64,000 nucleotides of DNA, from positions 32,001 through 96,000 of the forward strand of contig CAWEPK010000001.1 in NCBI GenBank assembly GCA_963810935.1. The letters run 5' to 3'. A program made the translations under genes and the position numbers. Source of the DNA: an uncultured delta proteobacterium. Lineage in GTDB: Bacteria > Desulfobacterota > Syntrophorhabdia > Syntrophorhabdales > WCHB1-27. Shown here in pieces: positions 41,326-52,395 of the stretch (position 1 is its first letter; every line of letters begins with the position of its first letter). The notes beneath the pieces were generated by a model, which ran no database searches, was not told the DNA's origin, and saw nothing but the letters and a program-made list of their open reading frames with translations.

Positions 41326-41649
41326 ATGGTCAAGCCTCTTTTACTTTGTCTGCTGGCGCTCGCGCCCGCCCTTGTCGGCTGCGCCTCGCGTCCCAACGGC
41401 GCGCCGGCTATGACGCAGACGGAGCGGATAGACTTCGGGCATAAGCTGGAACAACTGATGCAGGAAGACCAGAATACCTTCGATATCCTTACCCGCAAGA
41501 TGGATGATTACCAGAACCTGCTGGCGCTTTGCGAGGGCATCAAGAAGGACAAGGAAGAGGGAAGCATCGCGGCGGGGTGCGGGCCCGGGCTGAAGTCGCT
41601 CAAACAGGAGATCGAAGACCTGAGCGACCTGCTGCGGGGCGGGAAATAA
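41326..41649 (+). CDS. Hypothetical lipoprotein
   Basis: Lipobox LVGC; helical body. Confidence 0.7.
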   Translation: MVKPLLLCLLALAPALVGCASRPNGAPAMTQTERIDFGHKLEQLMQEDQNTFDILTRKMDDYQNLLALCEGIKKDKEEGSIAAGCGPGLKSLKQEIEDLSDLLRGGK

Positions 41650-41754
41650 GGCCGCGGTCCACTCACCGGTCCCGGCCTCCTATCCATTGCTAAGGCCCCC
41701 CGGCCGGTATTAAATTCTACAAGAGAGATACAGGCGCATTAGAGCGCATCGTTT

Positions 41755-43224
41755 ATGCCTTGCTTTGAATCCTTCGCGCTTCTGTTCAGAAAAGAAACAG
41801 AACGGTGCGGGCGGATGCGTCCCCCCGGCAGGGGCGGCACACACGCTCTGCGTATGTTCTTTTCCATGCTTTTCATCTTATGCGGCCTACTGCCCGGTGG
41901 ATGTGTCTCCCTGCCGGACGTCCATCCCCTTTTAGATTCGTATCATAGAAGCGACGCGGTCCCGAAAATAGCCTGCGCGGGGGCGGGTGTTCGGGGCCAG
42001 GACTGCGCTCGCATGTTGGAGCGCCTCCGGGCGGAAGCGGGAGACATGGGCGTGCTCGGCTGCCATCTCAACCTGACTGCGGCAGCAGGCGGCAGCCCCA
42101 TCGTATGTGGAAACAGGGCCACGCTGCTTGTAGACGGAGACGTGACGTTCGCCTCCATGCTCCAGGCCATCGCAGGCGCGACCGATAACATCAATTTCGA
42201 GACCTACATCTTTCACGACGACGAGGTCGGACGGCTTTTTGCGAACGCGCTGATAAAAAAGCGGGCGGAAGGCGTAAGGGTCAACCTCATATATGACGCC
42301 TTCGGGTGTAGGGAGACGTCCAGGTCATTCTTCGAGAGGCTGCGCGAGGCGGGTGTCAGGACCGTCGAATTCAACCCGATCAGCCTCGATCTCCTCGGCC
42401 CGAGCGGGTTGTTTCACCGGACGCACCGAAAACTGCTGGTCGTCGACGGCAAGATCGTTTTTACGGGCGGCATAAACATAGGCAAGGCGTATATCAAGGT
42501 CCGGCGGCCGGGAGACCACTCAGGCGACCCGGAGCAATTCTGGCGCGACACGGATATCATGATAGAGGGGCCGGCCGCAGCCGAATTCCAGAAGCTTTTC
42601 CTCGCGACGTGGGCGCAGCAAAACGGGCAGGCGGAGCCGGGCGCCGTGTACTTTCCGCCAATTGCCCGAGAGGGCGGCGATCTGGTCCAGGCGGTAGGCG
42701 CCGGCTACGGCGTAAGCAACAGGACCAATTATATCATGTATATATCGGCGGTTGCCCAAGCCGAAAAATCGGTCCACATAACACAGTCGTATTTCGCGCC
42801 CGATGTCCGGCTCATGCAGGCCATCACGGAGGCCGCCCGCAGGGGCGTCGATGTGCGGATAATCCTTCCTGAAAGTTCCGACCACGGGATCGTCCGGCAG
42901 GCGGGGCGGTCGCGCTACCGGGAATTGCTCGAATCAGGCGTAAGGGTCTACGAATGCAGGGGGGCGATCCTCCACGCCAAGACGGCCGTGGTGGACGGCG
43001 TCTGGTCAACAGTCGGCTCGACCAATCTGGAGCGCTGGAGCCTCGGGGCGAGCGACGAGATCAATGCGGTCGTGATTGGCCCCGATTTCGGCCGTGATAT
43101 GGAGGTATGCTTTCAAAACGACCTCTCCCGGTCGATTGAGATAGTCCCTGAAGAATGGCGGCAAAGGCCTCTTCTGGAGCGGGTAAAGCAGCTACTCTCC
43201 GGCATGCTCGACCGTTGGCTGTGA
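41755..43224 (+). CDS. cls: Cardiolipin synthase (ClsB-like phospholipase D)
   Basis: Two HKD motifs, HRKLLVVDG and HAKTAVVDG; start uncertain. Confidence 0.9.
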   Translation: MPCFESFALLFRKETERCGRMRPPGRGGTHALRMFFSMLFILCGLLPGGCVSLPDVHPLLDSYHRSDAVPKIACAGAGVRGQDCARMLERLRAEAGDMGVLGCHLNLTAAAGGSPIVCGNRATLLVDGDVTFASMLQAIAGATDNINFETYIFHDDEVGRLFANALIKKRAEGVRVNLIYDAFGCRETSRSFFERLREAGVRTVEFNPISLDLLGPSGLFHRTHRKLLVVDGKIVFTGGINIGKAYIKVRRPGDHSGDPEQFWRDTDIMIEGPAAAEFQKLFLATWAQQNGQAEPGAVYFPPIAREGGDLVQAVGAGYGVSNRTNYIMYISAVAQAEKSVHITQSYFAPDVRLMQAITEAARRGVDVRIILPESSDHGIVRQAGRSRYRELLESGVRVYECRGAILHAKTAVVDGVWSTVGSTNLERWSLGASDEINAVVIGPDFGRDMEVCFQNDLSRSIEIVPEEWRQRPLLERVKQLLSGMLDRWL

Positions 43225-43342
43225 TGGTCCACCCCCGGCCGGCGGCGCCTGTCTGAAGGGCGGCGCGGACACCTTCGCAAAAAAATACTGTTTGACTAAA
43301 TCCAGGCAAATGTAATACCCTACCCCCACTGGAGCATCAGCT

Positions 43343-44203
43343 TTGATTTGGCGTGCGCATTCAATTGCTTCCGGGAGTGTCGTCCGGCCTTTGCGCCGGT
43401 GCGTGGTGCTGTTGTTCCTCATATCGCTTTCTGCGTGTGCAACCGACAATCACAACCAGGAGCCGGCCGCAGAGATCAAGGCGGAAAAACCCGCCCCCTT
43501 AGCGCGGATTGCCGCCAAACCACCCGAGGTCATCCCTGCCGAGCCGCCCCTGCCCGTTGAAAAAACTCCGCTGGGACTGCGCGGCCGCCACAAGCCGTAC
43601 CATATAAACGGGAAAACGTATTATCCCCTGGTGACGGCGAAGGGCTACGAAGAAAGGGGCATGGCCTGCTGGTACGGCCCGTCCTTCCATGGGCGCAAGA
43701 CGTCGAGCGGAGAAGTGTTCAATATGTATGCGATATCGGCAGCCCATAAAATCCTACCTATGCAGACATGCGTCGAAGTGACAAACCTGGAAAACGGCAA
43801 GTCCATCAAGCTCAAGATAAACGACAGGGGTCCGTTCGTCTCGGGACGTGTCCTCGACCTGTCCTATGGCGCGGCCAAGAACCTTGCGCTGGTAGACAAA
43901 GGACTGGCGAGGGTGCTGATACGCACCTGCGGTCCCATCGAGGGGCAGAGGAAGAACGATATAATGGGAGAGTTCTTCATACATATCGGCGCCTTCGAGC
44001 AGAAAACAGACGCCGCCTGCCTGCTGGATGACATGAAGGCGCTGAGATATAAGCCCGGGCTTCTCAAAGTGATAAGGGCGGACAATTACGGGACGGTGTT
44101 GTGGAGGGTGGAGCTGGGACCGTATAGGTCGATGGCAATGGCGGACAGGGCACATACAAGAGTCATGCAAGACTACCCATCCGCCTTCGTAGTAGCCAAG
44201 TAG
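43343..44203 (+). CDS. rlpA: RlpA family lipoprotein with SPOR domain
   Basis: LSAC lipobox, WYG..FHGRKT, SAAHK.LP, INDRGPF. Confidence 0.92.
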   Translation: MIWRAHSIASGSVVRPLRRCVVLLFLISLSACATDNHNQEPAAEIKAEKPAPLARIAAKPPEVIPAEPPLPVEKTPLGLRGRHKPYHINGKTYYPLVTAKGYEERGMACWYGPSFHGRKTSSGEVFNMYAISAAHKILPMQTCVEVTNLENGKSIKLKINDRGPFVSGRVLDLSYGAAKNLALVDKGLARVLIRTCGPIEGQRKNDIMGEFFIHIGAFEQKTDAACLLDDMKALRYKPGLLKVIRADNYGTVLWRVELGPYRSMAMADRAHTRVMQDYPSAFVVAK

Positions 44204-44333
44204 GGGGGCCGGGATCTTTTCGCGGCCTTCGCGTCGTTTCCTCGGGCGCGAGTCCTCACATACACAATACGTATGCTCCGGCTCGCTTCGTCGGAAAGCA
44301 ACGCGAATTCCATCGAAAATCTCCCGGCCCCCT
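44201..44333. repeat. Dispersed long-hairpin element family B copy
   Basis: GGGGCCGGGA...TCCCGGCCCC terminal arms; near-identical to 18621-18750. Confidence 0.88.
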
Positions 44334-44442
44334 TCGGTCGTTCAATACGAAAGGCCAAGACTGTTCTACTTCTGCTTGCCGTTTTTTCCTTCGGTGGTAT
44401 AGTGGTATAATAGAGGCTCAGAAAGATGGGGGGAAGGATTCG

Positions 44443-45084
44443 ATGACTAAAGAAGAGCTTGCGGAGTTGTTTCTCGCGCGCCTTAACGAGCTTGCCGAGG
44501 CTGCGCCGCACCCTAATTTCCTGTTTTTCGTTAATGATTTTGTTCCAATGTTCGGGATCACGGACAGGCAGGAGCTTCAGGAGGCCGTAAACTTCCTGGG
44601 GGACGAGGGGCTTATAATCAGCGCAGCGATGGATATTCTGGGCGGCATCAGCGCCGCCATCACGATGGAAGGGAGCATCTACGTTGAGAAAGGTGGCAAC
44701 ACGGGCATCATCGGCCGTTACCAGGAGAACCCCGGCGCCTTCATCGTGACCACCGCCATGGAGGCCGCTTTGTCGGGCCCTGAGGAGCCATCCGGCCCAT
44801 CGCAGCCGCCCCCCGGACGGTCGGAAGCAAGCCCGCCCGCCGCGGGCCGCGCAGCCGAAGCCATTATTGCCGACATGGCGGAGATATTGGAGAGAGACCC
44901 CGCCATCGGGGACGCGGAGCGAAACGACGCTATCGCAGACCTTGCGGCCCTGAAGCTCCAGTTGTCGCGCAGCGCAACCAACACGACTGTGGTCGAGGCC
45001 CTTATGGACGGTCTTTGCCGCCTGGGCCCGATTGCGCCCCTGGCCTCAGCCCTGCGCTCCATCGTCAAGAGCTATAACGCCTAA
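44443..45084 (+). CDS. Hypothetical protein (possible N-terminal winged helix)
   Basis: 213-aa ORF with SD and upstream TATAAT; no family recognised. Confidence 0.7.
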   Translation: MTKEELAELFLARLNELAEAAPHPNFLFFVNDFVPMFGITDRQELQEAVNFLGDEGLIISAAMDILGGISAAITMEGSIYVEKGGNTGIIGRYQENPGAFIVTTAMEAALSGPEEPSGPSQPPPGRSEASPPAAGRAAEAIIADMAEILERDPAIGDAERNDAIADLAALKLQLSRSATNTTVVEALMDGLCRLGPIAPLASALRSIVKSYNA

Positions 45085-45170
45085 GCAAAACATCCTGCGA
45101 CGAAAAGACATCAGGAACAAATGACCCTGCTGCCTAGCAGCAGGGTCATAAAGCAAGCGTAGCGCCGCGC

Positions 45171-45258
45171 CGAGGGGGGGTGGCTCCATGCGGCCGGGGC
45201 ACCCACCCGAGGTAAGGAGGGAAGGGTCGCCTGGAGGGGGCGCTGAGCCCCTATAATG
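45171..45258 (+). repeat. Divergent family A element copy
   Basis: GAGGGGGGGTGGCTCC...TGGAGGGGGCGCTGAGCCCCTATAAT; also contains GGGGCACCC. Confidence 0.65.
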
Positions 45259-46795
45259 GCATTTCGATAAGGTGGGGACCGGGCTCGGCCAGGGCCCGCC
45301 GTATTTCTGCCGCAAGGTCCTCTGCGTTTTCCACGCGAACACCCGGAACCCCGAAACCTGACGCCAGGCGCACCCAGTCTATATCGGGAGGCGCCAGGTG
45401 GGTCAGTGCATTTGCCGCAGTCCGGCCCGTATCGACGCCGGTGCGCTCAAGCTCCATCTTGACTATGTTGTAGCTCCTGTTCGAACAGACGAGCGTGGTG
45501 ACATCGACACTCTCCCTTGCCTGCGACCAGAGTGCTTGCAGCGTGTACAGGGCGCTGCCGTCGGCCTGGAAGTTGATGACCTTTCTCTCCGGGCAGGCGA
45601 GGGCTGCGCCGAGGGCGCATGGCATCCCAAGACCTATCGCCCCTCCTGACACTGCCATGAGTGCATGGGGAGGCGCGCCGGCCGATGCAGCGTAATAGGT
45701 AAAGGCGGTCGTCAACCCCTCGTCCACGATGATGGCGTTTTCCGGTTGCAGGGCGGCCAGGACGAGGCAGACCTTCTCCGGGGTGAGCGCGCCCGTGGGC
45801 AGTCCTATAGGGGCAGGCGCCGCCGTCTCCTTCATCCGGGCGCAGGCGGGTGCTCCAAGCTCGTCCGCAAGGGCATTCAGGCAGGTAATCTCGTCCTGGC
45901 CTTCCTGCCATATGGATGCCCGTTTCCGGTCCTGCGGGATTAGTTTGCCCGGCACGCCCGGATAGCCGAAAAACGTCACGGGCTCGCCGGCCCCCGCAAA
46001 CACGACTGCGTCATAAGGCGATAGAAGCTCCAGGCCAAGCTCGGGCAGATAGGGTATGCGCCGCACGGCCGGCAGGTCTGCGCCCCTTTCGACGAAGCCG
46101 GGGAACGTGACGCAGACGAGGTCGCAGCCGGTCATTGCGCTGATGCGGGAGGCCGCAAGCAGGCCGTCGCGCCGAAGCGCCCTTCCGCCGAGGACCATCA
46201 ACGTCTTCTTTCCGGCAGAGAGGAGCCGGGCCGCCTGCACGACGGCATCCGGCGAGACCGGATCGAAGCGGCTTTCCGCTTGCCCGCGCCCGCTGTAAGT
46301 CACCTCCAGCTTCTGTAGGTCGTTCGGCACGATAAGCGTAGAGACATGTCCCCGCAGGGCCGCGCTGATTGCGTCCGAAATATCGTCGGCCAGCTCCTCC
46401 GCGCGGCGGCTCGTCCGGACACGGCCCGATACCGCCCCGGCGAGACTTTCTATATCCATCGCCAGGGGCGGGTCGTTCGGCCGGTGCCAGGATGCGTGCT
46501 CGCCTATAACGTTGACAAGCGGCGTGCGTGCCCTTCTCGCGTTGTGGAGGTTGGCCGTTCCGTTGGCAAGACCCGGGCCGAGGTGGAGCAGGGCCATGGC
46601 GGGCCGCCCGGTCATGCGGCCGTACCCGTCGGCTGCACCCGTGCAGACGCCCTCGAAAACGCAGGGCACGGCCCTTATGCCGCCCACCGAGTCGAGGGCC
46701 GCTACCAGCGGGATCTCGGTTGTCCCCGTATTCGCGAAGCAGAGTGTTATCCCGCTTTCTCCCGCCGCCTTGATAAGGGCTTCCGCGCCTGTCAT
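45251..46795 (-). CDS. ThDP-dependent enzyme (acetolactate synthase large subunit-like)
   Basis: MTGAEAL, GAADGYGRM, LHLGPG, ADGS..Y...NRSY ThDP motif; start moved to 46795. Confidence 0.9.
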   Translation of the reverse strand: MTGAEALIKAAGESGITLCFANTGTTEIPLVAALDSVGGIRAVPCVFEGVCTGAADGYGRMTGRPAMALLHLGPGLANGTANLHNARRARTPLVNVIGEHASWHRPNDPPLAMDIESLAGAVSGRVRTSRRAEELADDISDAISAALRGHVSTLIVPNDLQKLEVTYSGRGQAESRFDPVSPDAVVQAARLLSAGKKTLMVLGGRALRRDGLLAASRISAMTGCDLVCVTFPGFVERGADLPAVRRIPYLPELGLELLSPYDAVVFAGAGEPVTFFGYPGVPGKLIPQDRKRASIWQEGQDEITCLNALADELGAPACARMKETAAPAPIGLPTGALTPEKVCLVLAALQPENAIIVDEGLTTAFTYYAASAGAPPHALMAVSGGAIGLGMPCALGAALACPERKVINFQADGSALYTLQALWSQARESVDVTTLVCSNRSYNIVKMELERTGVDTGRTAANALTHLAPPDIDWVRLASGFGVPGVRVENAEDLAAEIRRALAEPGPHLIEMPL

Positions 46796-46818
46796 TTGTA
46801 TTTTCTCATCCTCCACGA

Positions 46819-48066
46819 TCAGCTCAATATTCCGACGATGGCGCCCGTCAGGAGGGTCGCAAGCGTTCCGGCGACGATCGACTTTACGCCGAGGCCGATG
46901 ATCTCCGCCCGCCTGCCGGGGACCATCGCTCCCATGCCGCCGATCATAATGCCGAGACTGCCGGGGTTGGCGAACCCGCACAGGGCATATATCATGATCA
47001 ACCTGCTCTTCGGCGAGAGGGCGCCGGCCGGAAGTTTTGCCATGTCGAAATAGGCGATCATCTCGTTGAGTATCGTCTTTGTCCCCATCAGACTGCCCGC
47101 CGTATGCGCCTCCGACCACGGTATGCCGATCAGCCAGACTACGGGCGACATGATGAGCCCGAGGACCCTCTGAAGCGTGATCGCTTCCCCGGCGACGGCG
47201 GGGAAGAGCCCGAGGACCCTGTTTGCCAGATAGACCAGGGCGATAAGCACTACCAGCATGCAGATAATATTGATAAGCAACTCGACACCTTGTATCGTGC
47301 CCTGGGTGATGGCGTCCATAGTGCTCGATGCAGGCTGCGTAACGGACAGGCGGCCCTCCGTAGAGGGCGCTTCTTCCGGCACCATCACCTTCGAGAACAT
47401 GATGGCCGCCGGTATGCTGATGATCGAGACGATCAGGATGTGGCCCATTGCATCGGGGGCGATCGTGCTCAGTATCGAGGCGTAGAGCACCATTACGGTG
47501 CCGGCTATCCCCGCCATCCCGCAGCTCATCGTGATGAAAAGCTCCGTCCTCGTCATCTGCGCCAGGTACGGGCGGACGAAAAGCGGCGCTTCAACCATGC
47601 CCAGAAAGACGTTGGCAGCGGCGGAGAGACCTACGGCGCCGCCCACTCTCATTGTCCTCCTGAAAACCCAGGCGAATGCATGGACGACCACCGGGAGGAT
47701 GCGCCAGTAAAACAGCAGGGATGACAGGGCGCTCACCACAAGCACGACGGGCAGGGCCTGGATGGCGAGGACAAAGCTTGCTCCCGGCCTGCTCTCGTTG
47801 AAAGGGAGCGGTCCTCCCCCGATATAACCGAAGACGAAAGAGGTTCCCGCGCGCGTGGATTCTTCAATCACGGAGACGCATTTGTTGAGGATGTTGAAGA
47901 GACCGCGGAGAAACGGGACTTTGAGCATGAGAAAGGCCATAAGGAAGGTCACGAAGAGGCCGAGAAGGATCTCGCCCACCCTGACCTTCCGCCTGTTCTC
48001 GCTTATTGCCCAGGCGAAGCCGACGAGCACGATTATCCCGAAGATGGCTTGCAGCCGCAACATCAC
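46819..48066 (-). CDS. nupC: Concentrative nucleoside transporter (NupC/CNT)
   Basis: SENRR, FVFGY, ANVFLGMVEAP, NEMIAY, ALCGFAN. Confidence 0.92.
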   Translation of the reverse strand: MMLRLQAIFGIIVLVGFAWAISENRRKVRVGEILLGLFVTFLMAFLMLKVPFLRGLFNILNKCVSVIEESTRAGTSFVFGYIGGGPLPFNESRPGASFVLAIQALPVVLVVSALSSLLFYWRILPVVVHAFAWVFRRTMRVGGAVGLSAAANVFLGMVEAPLFVRPYLAQMTRTELFITMSCGMAGIAGTVMVLYASILSTIAPDAMGHILIVSIISIPAAIMFSKVMVPEEAPSTEGRLSVTQPASSTMDAITQGTIQGVELLINIICMLVVLIALVYLANRVLGLFPAVAGEAITLQRVLGLIMSPVVWLIGIPWSEAHTAGSLMGTKTILNEMIAYFDMAKLPAGALSPKSRLIMIYALCGFANPGSLGIMIGGMGAMVPGRRAEIIGLGVKSIVAGTLATLLTGAIVGILS

Positions 48067-48130
48067 TACCTCAATCCGTTACCTAACATATCATATCTCG
48101 GTGAAAGGGGGCCACCATTCTTGCAGCCTG

Positions 48131-49057
48131 CTATGATTCGGCGGGCGCGCGCGGCGCCTGCCTGACGTTGAAGATCGAAAAAACGCTCAGGAGCACCAGC
48201 ACGGCGCCAAGCACGACCCGCAGCGTGATTTGCTCTCCGAGCAGCGCCCATCCGAGGAAGAGGGCAAGCACAGGGTTAACGTAGGCATAAGTCATCGCTA
48301 TGTTGATCGGCAGCAGCTTCAGGATGATCACGAATGACGTAAAAGCGAAGACCGACCCGAACACAACCAGGTATCCCCATGCGACCCATGCAGAAAGGGT
48401 TGGGTGGGGCGCAGGCTCGCCTAGCAGCAGGGAGACCGCGAGAAAGCCGAAGCCTGCCGCAAGCTGGTGATAGCCCGCCGTCACCTTCGTGTCCAAAGCA
48501 ACGGGCATTCTCGCCTGCACGGCCGAGCCGAGGGCCCAGCCGAACGCGCCGATGAGCAGGGCTGCGATTACCGAGGGACCGGCGCCCCTCATCTGGGCCG
48601 GGGATGACAAGCTCAAGACCGCAATGCCCAAAAAGCCTATGAGCAGCGACACGATCATGGAAACGGACGGACGCTTTTTGTAAATAATCACTTGCAGGAG
48701 CGCCGCCCAGATCGGGACCGTAGACGCCATGAGGCAGACGAAGCCCGAATCGGCATACTGCGCGCCCCAGAGTATCAACCCATGGCCGACCAGCCAGAAT
48801 ATGTTCCCGATGATGCAGAGGGATATCAGCTCCCTGCCCGTCGGTCTCATGTTCAGCCCCTGAAACCGGGCTATCCCCAGCAAGATCAGGGCCGCTAACG
48901 GAAAACGCATCGCGCCGAAAATGAACGGGGGGAAGCCGCTCGAAGGGCCCACGCCTACTCGCATGCCCATATAAGTGGTGCTCCAGAGCACGTAGACCAC
49001 GCATAGATGAAAAAGTCCCCTGCTCGGCAGCTTTTGGTCCACCGGCGCTCCTTTCAA
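48131..49057 (-). CDS. EamA/DMT family transporter (YedA-like)
   Basis: VLWSTTY, TYAYVNPVLA; about 10 TM segments. Confidence 0.9.
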   Translation of the reverse strand: MKGAPVDQKLPSRGLFHLCVVYVLWSTTYMGMRVGVGPSSGFPPFIFGAMRFPLAALILLGIARFQGLNMRPTGRELISLCIIGNIFWLVGHGLILWGAQYADSGFVCLMASTVPIWAALLQVIIYKKRPSVSMIVSLLIGFLGIAVLSLSSPAQMRGAGPSVIAALLIGAFGWALGSAVQARMPVALDTKVTAGYHQLAAGFGFLAVSLLLGEPAPHPTLSAWVAWGYLVVFGSVFAFTSFVIILKLLPINIAMTYAYVNPVLALFLGWALLGEQITLRVVLGAVLVLLSVFSIFNVRQAPRAPAES

Positions 49058-49210
49058 AAAGGCCCTTTCGGATGTTTGCGGGGCCAGGGGGAGATTATAT
49101 CAGACAAAGGGGTATAACGTACAAAGGGGAACGAAAAGGACGAGCCGATTTGTCTGGCCTCGGATAGACGGGACTGGTAGACTTGAAGAGCGAGATAAGG
49201 AGGACTGGGA

Positions 49211-50473
49211 ATGGCTGAGAGGACCACCGTCATAAGCTGCCCTCACTGCGGAAAGGAAATAGCGCTCGACGAGGCACTGTCGCAGCGGATCAGGCAGGAA
49301 CTCACGCGTGAAATCGACGTGGAGCTTGCCCAGAGGAAGGCAGCGCTTGCGCAGGCAGAGGCGCGAATCGAGCAGGAGAAGCGGAATGTCGAGGAGCGGC
49401 AGAAAGGCATAGACGCGCAGGTAGCCGACCGCATGAGTAGGGAGCGGACCCGTCTGGCCGCCGATGTGCGGAAGGAGATAGAGGAGAAAAGCGCCCTCGA
49501 CGTGGCTGCGCTCCGGGAGCAGCTCGACGAGAGCAAAAAGAAGATAGCCGTCTTCCGTGAAGAAGAGCTGAGGCTGCGCAAGGAGAAGGCCGACCTCGAA
49601 GAGGCGAGGGAAGCGCTGCGGCTGGAAGTCGCCAGGCGGATCGACGAGGAGAGGAAGGCCATACAGAGCGACACGGAAAAGAGGGTTGCCGAGCAATACC
49701 GGCTCCGTGAGGCGGAGAAGGACAAGGTAATAGAAGACTTGAAGCGGAAGGCGGAGGACCTTCAGCGGAAGGCAGAGTCGGGCTCGCAGCAATTACAGGG
49801 CGAGGTGGCGGAGCTTTCCCTTGAAGAAGTGCTGGCAGCCTCTTTCCCCACGGACTCCATCGAAGAGGTGGCGAAGGGGGTGCGCGGCGCAGACGTCATC
49901 CAGAGGGTGTGCGGCCCGGCCGGGCGCGACTGCGGCACGCTGATATGGGAATCAAAGCGCACCAAGGCGTGGAGCGACGGCTGGCTGGATAAGCTGAAAG
50001 AGGACCAGAGGGACGCGAAAGCGGAGATCGCCGTCCTGGTATCGTCCGTGCTGCCCAAGGGCGTGCGGGGCTTCGGGAGGGTGGAAGGCGTCTGGGTCTG
50101 CGAGCATGAGCTTGCCGCTTGCCTGGCCCATGCGCTCCGGACCGGCCTTATCGAGGTGGCGGCCGCCAAGCTGTCCGTCATGGGCAAGAACGAAAAAATG
50201 GAGATGCTCTACGAGTATCTTTCGGGGCCTGCCTTCAGGCAGCAGATAGAGGCGATGGTCGAGGCGTTCACGACGATGCAGCAGGACCTGAAGAAAGAAA
50301 AGACCGCCATGGAGAAGATCTGGGCAAAACGGGAGAAGCAGATCGAGAGGGTGGTCAGGAACATAACAAGGATGTACGGAGGCATGGAAGGAATCATAGG
50401 CCGGTCCATGCCGGAGATCGCAATGATGGAGCTGAAGGCGCTGTCGGAGGCGGACGGGATCGAAGAGGGATAG
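49211..50473 (+). CDS. DUF2130 coiled-coil protein
   Basis: CPHCG, SQQLQGEV.EL, GAD, WESKRTK.W. Confidence 0.88.
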   Translation: MAERTTVISCPHCGKEIALDEALSQRIRQELTREIDVELAQRKAALAQAEARIEQEKRNVEERQKGIDAQVADRMSRERTRLAADVRKEIEEKSALDVAALREQLDESKKKIAVFREEELRLRKEKADLEEAREALRLEVARRIDEERKAIQSDTEKRVAEQYRLREAEKDKVIEDLKRKAEDLQRKAESGSQQLQGEVAELSLEEVLAASFPTDSIEEVAKGVRGADVIQRVCGPAGRDCGTLIWESKRTKAWSDGWLDKLKEDQRDAKAEIAVLVSSVLPKGVRGFGRVEGVWVCEHELAACLAHALRTGLIEVAAAKLSVMGKNEKMEMLYEYLSGPAFRQQIEAMVEAFTTMQQDLKKEKTAMEKIWAKREKQIERVVRNITRMYGGMEGIIGRSMPEIAMMELKALSEADGIEEG

Positions 50474-50788
50474 CGATGGGGGTAAGGGACTATAGGTGGA
50501 TAAATACTCCTGGGTTCAAGAGTACACCTAAAAGGGTTGGAAGGTGCACTATTACCCGAAAATGCAGATAACCACAAAAAAGAAACACCAAGAGGCAATA
50601 GTGGAGGGAGACGGCAACGAGCAACGGCGTGGATGCATCAGGGGAGAAGCGCGGGAAGACACCCCCTACGGAGGACCGACTCCAGCAAGCTCTTGCATCG
50701 GCTGCTGCTTTTCAGCAATAATATACTCTGCGGGGAACGGCGGAACCCTCAGAAACACGCCATTGCCGTAAAGGAGCCTCATCACACC

Positions 50789-51589
50789 ATGAAAGTCAGA
50801 ACTTTTTTCCTCTTTCTTCTCGTCATCGCCCTTGCAGGCTGCGCGACTGGACCCACCGGACCGACCGTTTCCGTCATACCTGCCCCCGGTAAGCCTTTCG
50901 AGGTCTTCCAGGCGGAAGACGCCGGCTGCAGGCAGTGGGCCGAGCAGCAGATAAACGGCATGAACCCTGCCCAGACGGCCAATCAAAAGACTGCCGCAGG
51001 TGCAGCAATAGGCACGGGCGCGGGCGCGGCCCTCGGCGCGCTCGTCGGGTCTGCCTCGGGACACGCCGGAGCAGGAGCAGCCATAGGAGGAGCGACGGGC
51101 CTCGTCGGTGGTGCGGCTGTGGGCAGCAATGCGGGCGCAGCCTCCGCATATGAGCTCCAGAGGCGCTACAACACCGCCTACACGCAGTGCATGTACTCTA
51201 AAGGCAACCAGGTGCCCGGTGCCTACAGGCCCGTGTCAGCTACCCCGCCTCCTCCGGTCGTCCAGGAAGGACCTCCGCCCTTAGCCTTCGCTTCTCCCCC
51301 GGATGTCGCCCTCATCCCCGGCACCTATGCCTACTTCATCCCTGGGATAGGGGAGGACATCGCCTTCTACGGCGGCTACTGGTACCGGCCATGGCACGGC
51401 CATTGGTACCGGTCTGTATCGTATGCGGGCCCATGGGGCTTCGTCGCCATCGGGGCTGTCCCCTCCGTCATCGTTTCACTGCCTGCAGGATGGCGCAGCA
51501 CCTACCATGGGTACCGCCCTATCCCTCACGCCGAGTTCCACAACAACTGGCAGCGCTGGGAAAGGGAAAGGCACTGGGAGAGGCACTGA
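50789..51589 (+). CDS. Glycine-zipper lipoprotein
   Basis: LAGC lipobox, GAAIG glycine zipper, QRRYN.AY.QCM, aromatic-rich C-terminus. Confidence 0.85.
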   Translation: MKVRTFFLFLLVIALAGCATGPTGPTVSVIPAPGKPFEVFQAEDAGCRQWAEQQINGMNPAQTANQKTAAGAAIGTGAGAALGALVGSASGHAGAGAAIGGATGLVGGAAVGSNAGAASAYELQRRYNTAYTQCMYSKGNQVPGAYRPVSATPPPPVVQEGPPPLAFASPPDVALIPGTYAYFIPGIGEDIAFYGGYWYRPWHGHWYRSVSYAGPWGFVAIGAVPSVIVSLPAGWRSTYHGYRPIPHAEFHNNWQRWERERHWERH

Positions 51590-51674
51590 AAGGGTAACCG
51601 TTGTCACGGGGAGGTTGGGAGGAATGGACAAATGGAAAAGAGAGGCTAAAGGATAGATTGAAGGAGTCATATCA

Positions 51675-52366
51675 ATGAACAGGACCGCCTTGCAGCAGTG
51701 CAGCTATGGAGTCTATATCATCTCGGCCCAGAAGGACGGGAAGCCGAACGGGCAGATCGCCATACGGTCTGCCAGATCACGTCGGAGCCGGCGACTGTTT
51801 CGGTCTGCATCAACAAGCAGAATCTTACCCATGACTTCATAATAAGCAGTTGGGCTTTTACCGTCTCCATATTATCAGAAGAGGCCCCCATGCAGTTTAT
51901 CGGCCGCTTCGGGTTCAAGTCCGGAAGGGACGGCGAGAAGTTCCAGGGGATCAATTACAAGCTCGGTCAGACCAAGGCCCCCATTGTCCTTGACCACACG
52001 GTAAGCTATATGGACTGCGAGCTTACGGAGAGCATGGACGCAGGCTCCCACACTATATTCCTCGGCCGGGTAGTAGATGCCTACGTGGTAAGCTCCGCTA
52101 ATCCCATGACCTACGCTTACTATCACCAGGTAAAGGGCGGGAAATCGCCGAAGACAGCTCCCACGTACATAGCTCTGGAATCGAGAAAACCAGAAAAGGA
52201 GAAGAAAATGGAGAAGTACACGTGTTCAATATGCGGATACGTCTACGATCCGGAAGAAGGCGCTCCCGATGTAGGGATCGCAGCAGGTACCGCTTTCGAG
52301 GACCTGCCCGATTCATGGGAATGCCCGATCTGCGGGGCATCGAAAAAGGAGTTCAGCAAGACGTAA
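51675..52366 (+). pseudogene. Flavin reductase-rubredoxin fusion (high-molecular-weight rubredoxin), 1-nt deletion near 51762 (possible sequencing error)
   Basis: [21 protein letters not shown] then a frame change to [10 protein letters not shown]-terminal [10 protein letters not shown]...WECPICG. Confidence 0.85.
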
Positions 52367-52395
52367 CTGTGACTCCGGCTCCGCGCTGTTTGCTT

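Noticed and set aside
50474..50788. Possible IS remnant or ncRNA
   Set aside because: No terminal inverted repeats, transposase fragment or convincing structure seen
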